A stretch of DNA of 64,000 bases, from assembly GCA_049515895.1 (NCBI GenBank), contig JBEKTQ010000014.1, forward strand, positions 1 to 64,000, written 5' to 3'. Positions 59,716-64,000 of the stretch are shown here, one piece after another. The notes beneath the pieces are model-generated. The model saw nothing but the letters and a program-made list of their open reading frames with translations. It had not been told where the DNA came from and searched no databases. The number at the start of each line of letters is the position of its first letter. The stretch's first letter is position 1. The translations under genes and the position numbers were made by a program. Source of the DNA: Candidatus Bathyarchaeia archaeon (GTDB lineage: Archaea; Thermoproteota; Bathyarchaeia; Bathyarchaeales; Bathycorpusculaceae).

Positions 59716-60927
59716 ATGCCAGACCAATTTGAAGACGCGCTGCTCAAAATTATTAAGACGTTTTCTCCAAAAGAACGTGAGCAGCTTAAGCCTAAAGGGA
59801 AATACTGGTTTGTGTTGAAAACTATTGATCACTTTGGAACAAGGAAATTTTCGTTGAAAAGCCTGGCGAAATGCACCCAGAACCAAGAAACGGCAGAAAA
59901 ACCAAAAGCTGATGAATTAGCAATCATCTTGGACAAATTGGTGGCAAGCCAACTTGCGATCAAAGATAAGAATGGGAGTTACAGAATTCATCAGATATCA
60001 GCAGAGGCTTTAGAAGAGGCTTTTGGGTTTGTTTGGAAACCACGCGCTGGCAAGACTAATTTCGTAAAATACCTATCTTGCCGAAAACAAAGGGTTATGA
60101 TTTGGTATTCGCTATATCAGGGTCATCAAATCAACGCAGAAGAAGCACATGAAGTAAGTGGATACCCCACTAAAACTATTGAGAAACTTCTTGTAACTCT
60201 CCAAAAAGAGAACCTTGTGAAAAAAATTGTTCACGGTCCCAAGGAAAGTTATAACGTTCAAGACGAAAAAAAACTATTTCAGAAATTGTTGGTTGAATAT
60301 TCAAGTGCGCGCGTTGACCTAGAACCCATAATCATTGAGCTCATGCATCGGTATGATAGGTTTTCTGGGGCTCAAATTCGCCGGGATCTTGAATACATGG
60401 GATATTACCGTGACAAATCGTATATTTACAAGCAATTTCGTAAATTGGAGAAGAAAAAAATAATCAGAAACACTGGGATAACTGAGAAAGTTCGTGGTGG
60501 CTCCTACAACGAATATTACAAATTTACATACGAAGTTCTAACCGATTTCAAGGAGCAGGTAAAGTCTGCAATTCTAGAAACCATAAACAAATCCGACCTA
60601 AAAGACTCAATTCAAAAAGAGTTTTTCGATAGAATCACCCAAATAGAACCACATTTGATGTGGTTATTTCTCACCGATTTGCAGTACATTGTTTACCATT
60701 ATAAAGATCAAATTAATTCGCTTCCAATTTGGGAACAGTTAATTAAGAATCTGCCGAAGGAAAAAGTCGAAAGAATTAACAAAGAATTTACTTCAACCTC
60801 GTCAAAAGAAGAATTTGGTAAAAGGTTGACGAGAATAAGTAGGGAACTGAAACTCTCCCCTTTCATAGTCTCAATGATTTACCTAACTTGCGATGGCAAT
60901 TCTGTGCACCAGCATACTATTAATTGA
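59716..60927 (+). CDS. multi-wHTH protein
   Basis: Three successive wHTH-like segments, e.g. AHEVSGYPTKTIEKLLVTLQKENLV. Confidence 0.6.
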   Translation: MPDQFEDALLKIIKTFSPKEREQLKPKGKYWFVLKTIDHFGTRKFSLKSLAKCTQNQETAEKPKADELAIILDKLVASQLAIKDKNGSYRIHQISAEALEEAFGFVWKPRAGKTNFVKYLSCRKQRVMIWYSLYQGHQINAEEAHEVSGYPTKTIEKLLVTLQKENLVKKIVHGPKESYNVQDEKKLFQKLLVEYSSARVDLEPIIIELMHRYDRFSGAQIRRDLEYMGYYRDKSYIYKQFRKLEKKKIIRNTGITEKVRGGSYNEYYKFTYEVLTDFKEQVKSAILETINKSDLKDSIQKEFFDRITQIEPHLMWLFLTDLQYIVYHYKDQINSLPIWEQLIKNLPKEKVERINKEFTSTSSKEEFGKRLTRISRELKLSPFIVSMIYLTCDGNSVHQHTIN

Positions 60928-60973
60928 TTATTTTCTGTAATGCTGGAAGGCGCACACAAAGAAAGACGTTTTG

Positions 60974-61597
60974 CTATAACAAATGTTGCATTTGCCTAAT
61001 CTGATTGTGTCGAAAACAATTGATTATATGATCGTTTATTAGTCCAGTGGCTTGCATGAAAGCATAGCAAATCTTAGGTCCAACAAACTGGAATCCCCTC
61101 TTTTTCAATTCCTTGCTTAAATCTATGGCCTCACTAGATTCAGGCGGTATGTCTGAATACTTTTTAAAAGCGTTGTTTATTGATCTTCCACCTACAAACT
61201 TCCAAACAAAAACATCAAATGATCCGAATTCTTTCTGAACTTCTATGAACATTGTGGCATTGTTGATGACTGCTTTGATCTTTGCTTTGTTTCGAATTAT
61301 GTCTCTATCATTAAGCAAGCATTCAACATCATTCTCGTCATAGTCGGTTACAATCGCGGGGTCAAAATGATCAAAGGCGTTTCTAAACGCCTTTCTACGG
61401 TTGAGTATTAATTCCCAAGTCAAACCAGCTTGGAAACCACCTAAGGCTAAGAACTCAAAAAGTCTCTTATCATCATGGATGGGAACTCCCCATTCCTCAT
61501 CATGATACTTAATAAAGAGAGGATTAAGGGTATTCCAGCATCGTTTTACAATTCCATTTTCGTCGCTCACTTTGGGGAACCTATAGGATAAAGCCAA
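60974..61597 (-). CDS. tag: DNA-3-methyladenine glycosylase I
   Basis: RCW..YHDEEWGVP..QAGLTW..IIRNKAKI..FVGP..MQATG..NDH..C. Confidence 0.95.
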   Translation of the reverse strand: MALSYRFPKVSDENGIVKRCWNTLNPLFIKYHDEEWGVPIHDDKRLFEFLALGGFQAGLTWELILNRRKAFRNAFDHFDPAIVTDYDENDVECLLNDRDIIRNKAKIKAVINNATMFIEVQKEFGSFDVFVWKFVGGRSINNAFKKYSDIPPESSEAIDLSKELKKRGFQFVGPKICYAFMQATGLINDHIINCFRHNQIRQMQHLL

Positions 61598-61918
61598 CAG
61601 TTCAGCGTTTAGGTTTTTTGCTTCAGAATGTCTTTTTCTTTGTCGAGTCTTATTAGCTCAAACACATATTCAGCAACGGAATGATAGCTGAGCAGTTTCG
61701 TTTTGTATGAGGCCCAAGCCCAAAGTTTTTCGTCAAGGACGTAGAGATTTGTCCGTTTGTTTCTGGCCATCTTGCACCAATTACAACATGTGTCGTAAAG
61801 CTTATAAAGGTGACCATGTTGTTATTACAACAAGAGTTGTGTGTGTCGTAATTGTTGTCAAAATGGAGAACCATTTATGAGGGAAGGCAGAGCATATAAA
61901 TCAAATGGCTTAGCCAAA

Positions 61919-64000
61919 ATGATGCTAGACAAAAAAATGAACGGTATCTTCTATACTCCCAAGGAGAGTGCACGGTTTCTAGCGAAGCGCACTCTTTCAA
62001 AAATTGATATCGGAAAACAGAGTTTTCAAGGTTATGACGTTTTGGATCCGATGGTTGGGTCAGGTGAGTTGCTTTGCGCCATATGTGAAGAGATCCTCAA
62101 TAACGTAAACGGACTAGAACGAATCGAATTGGCCGCTCAGCTCCCTTCAATAATCTATGGTGCCGACAAGGATGAAAACGCAGTGGCCCTAACAAAGGTC
62201 AACCTCGCCAATCTAATTTCAAAAGTTAATCCAAAAGTCGAACCAAATCGTTTTGTTCATATAATTCAAGCCGACGCTTTGAAGAATGAAGAAGTCGAAA
62301 AAGCTTTTGCCCCCATTTTCAATAGAGAAAACCCGGGATTCTCTGTGGTTATCGCTAATCCACCTTGGGAAGTTGTCAAAGTAAATGACAGAGAGTTCTT
62401 TTCAACATATGTTCCTGAATATCGAAAATCAGGTAGGGAAAAGCGATTACAAGAAAAGGAAAAGTTGTTGAAGGACGAGAGGATTAACGAACGATACGAA
62501 GAGTACAAAAGTAAAATAGCAAATCTGAAAAAGTACCTCAATGACAACTGCAAATTCCATAACGGTAATAGTGAACTAAACCTTTACCGAGCAAGCTTAG
62601 AGCGATTTTTGCAACTTGCAAGAAAAGATGGCATCATTGGAGTAATAACACCAACTGGTCTAGCTGGAGACTACGGTGCTACTCCAATCAGAAGAGAGCT
62701 ACTCTTCTGTAATAAGGTATTCGAAATGTGGGGTTTTTCTATAGGAGCCAAGCTTTTCCCCGAAGCGGATGTTTCACCACTTTTTACTATTTTATCGAAG
62801 GGAGAAAAAACTGAAGAATTTACGTACTATTCAGATATTGATTCGATTAAAACTGCCTTGGAGCAAGCAGAAAAAGAACTTACAAAAATTCCGCGGAGGC
62901 TCATTACAAAACTCAGTCCAGAGTACCTCACCTTCACGCCGATTGCTAGTGATATTGAATTTGGAATACTCGACAAACTTTATCGTTTTCCACTCGTCTC
63001 TGACCGTTCTCAAGGTCATTGGAGCTTGGAAATTGGAAGAGAACTGGACGAAACAAATGACCGAGATTATCTGACGGACATCGAAACCCCCTTCAAGTTT
63101 CTAAAAGGAAGAGACATTCACCCTTTTCAAACCAAACACGTTGAAAAGATCTGGGTTAAGAAGGAATTTCCAAGACTCTTGGAAAAACTGGAGGAAAAGG
63201 AAAGAATAGTTTGGCGAGATATAGCTCGTTCCAACAAAGAAAGGAGAATGTTTGCTAGTATTGCTCCTCATAACTACGTTCCTGGAAACTCTCTTAATTA
63301 CTTTAAAGAAAGACTAACAAATGAAGAAAGAAGATATCTTCTCGGAATCTGGAATAGTCTATTAGTTGAGTACAGATTAAGACAACTGAGCACTAATAAT
63401 CACTTCAATATGTACGTAACCCGACAAATCCCAATTCCACGCTTAGGAACTTCCGACCCATATTTGATTGAAATCTGCAAGATCGTTTCCAATCTACTCG
63501 GCGGGTACAAAGAAGAAGTTGGTAAGCTGGAAGCAATGGTCGCTCATCTATATGGGCTTAATCAACGGGAACTCGACTTCGTTTTGTCAAGATTTCCAAA
63601 AATTTCCAGTAAACTGAAAGAAGAAATACGGAAAAATTTTGCCGATATCCAATTAATTCAAAATCACGATACCGCTGCCCTCAGCAACTTGGATTTGCAG
63701 ATCGTGAAATCGGTGCCTGAAGGAGGAAATTGGAAGAACATACCGATAAGCATTCCTTCGAAGCGGCTTTCACAAATAAGGGCAAATTTTAAAGCAGGAA
63801 ATGGAAGCAGAAGCACCTACTATGGACGAATTGACCGCAAAAAACCAGCTTACACCATCTCCACTCACTTCTCACGACCAGGAAATGGGTGCAACATTCA
63901 TCCAACTCAAGACAGAACTCTAAGCGCGAGAGAGGCAGCAAGGCTTCAGAGTTTTCCAGATTGGTTCAGATTTTGCGGTAAATCCAAGGCCTCAATTTTC
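61919..64000 (+). CDS. fused m6A + m5C DNA methyltransferase (Alw26I/Eco31I/Esp3I type), truncated by the window edge
   Basis: GIFYTP, DPMVGSG, NPPW; same frame later gives VPEGGNW..YGR..TISTHF..IHPTQDRTLSAREAARLQSFPD; alternative ATG at 61877. Confidence 0.85.
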   Translation, partial: MMLDKKMNGIFYTPKESARFLAKRTLSKIDIGKQSFQGYDVLDPMVGSGELLCAICEEILNNVNGLERIELAAQLPSIIYGADKDENAVALTKVNLANLISKVNPKVEPNRFVHIIQADALKNEEVEKAFAPIFNRENPGFSVVIANPPWEVVKVNDREFFSTYVPEYRKSGREKRLQEKEKLLKDERINERYEEYKSKIANLKKYLNDNCKFHNGNSELNLYRASLERFLQLARKDGIIGVITPTGLAGDYGATPIRRELLFCNKVFEMWGFSIGAKLFPEADVSPLFTILSKGEKTEEFTYYSDIDSIKTALEQAEKELTKIPRRLITKLSPEYLTFTPIASDIEFGILDKLYRFPLVSDRSQGHWSLEIGRELDETNDRDYLTDIETPFKFLKGRDIHPFQTKHVEKIWVKKEFPRLLEKLEEKERIVWRDIARSNKERRMFASIAPHNYVPGNSLNYFKERLTNEERRYLLGIWNSLLVEYRLRQLSTNNHFNMYVTRQIPIPRLGTSDPYLIEICKIVSNLLGGYKEEVGKLEAMVAHLYGLNQRELDFVLSRFPKISSKLKEEIRKNFADIQLIQNHDTAALSNLDLQIVKSVPEGGNWKNIPISIPSKRLSQIRANFKAGNGSRSTYYGRIDRKKPAYTISTHFSRPGNGCNIHPTQDRTLSAREAARLQSFPDWFRFCGKSKASIF

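Larger units (their letters stand above)
50706..60927. mobile_element. putative integrative/transposable element (boundaries undefined)
   Basis: Two DDE proteins, a resolvase relic, an HTH switch and many small ORFs; no terminal repeats found. Confidence 0.5.

Overview
AT-rich archaeal sequence, probably from a Bathyarchaeia-like genome. That placement is inferred from protein family content, TATA/GGTGA signals and a TPR-RAD55 protein. The window has no core housekeeping genes, no rRNA, no intact tRNA and no CRISPR array. Almost all of it is a defence/mobile island. Defence content: NERD-helicase, Mokosh-I-like pair, Swt1-HEPN operon, Mrr, solo Cas4-like, GmrSD-like, CHAT, proteasome-beta fusion, PbeABCD-like module, TIR operon, and a fused m6A/m5C methyltransferase running off the right edge. 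Mobile content: tRNA 3'-end scars and a ~10 kb element (50.7-60.9 kb) with two convergent DDE enzymes. The three best candidates for an undescribed system are: (1) a B12/radical-SAM + DGQHR pair leading a PbeABCD-like module with no dndCDE in the window (39007-46753); (2) a TGT-like enzyme + Gly-rich-leader TIR + membrane-pore operon (47655-49416); (3) a coupled operon of three paralogous wHTH proteins, an HTH and a Swt1-like HEPN RNase (21826-24044). All family calls come from motifs read by eye. No database searches were run.
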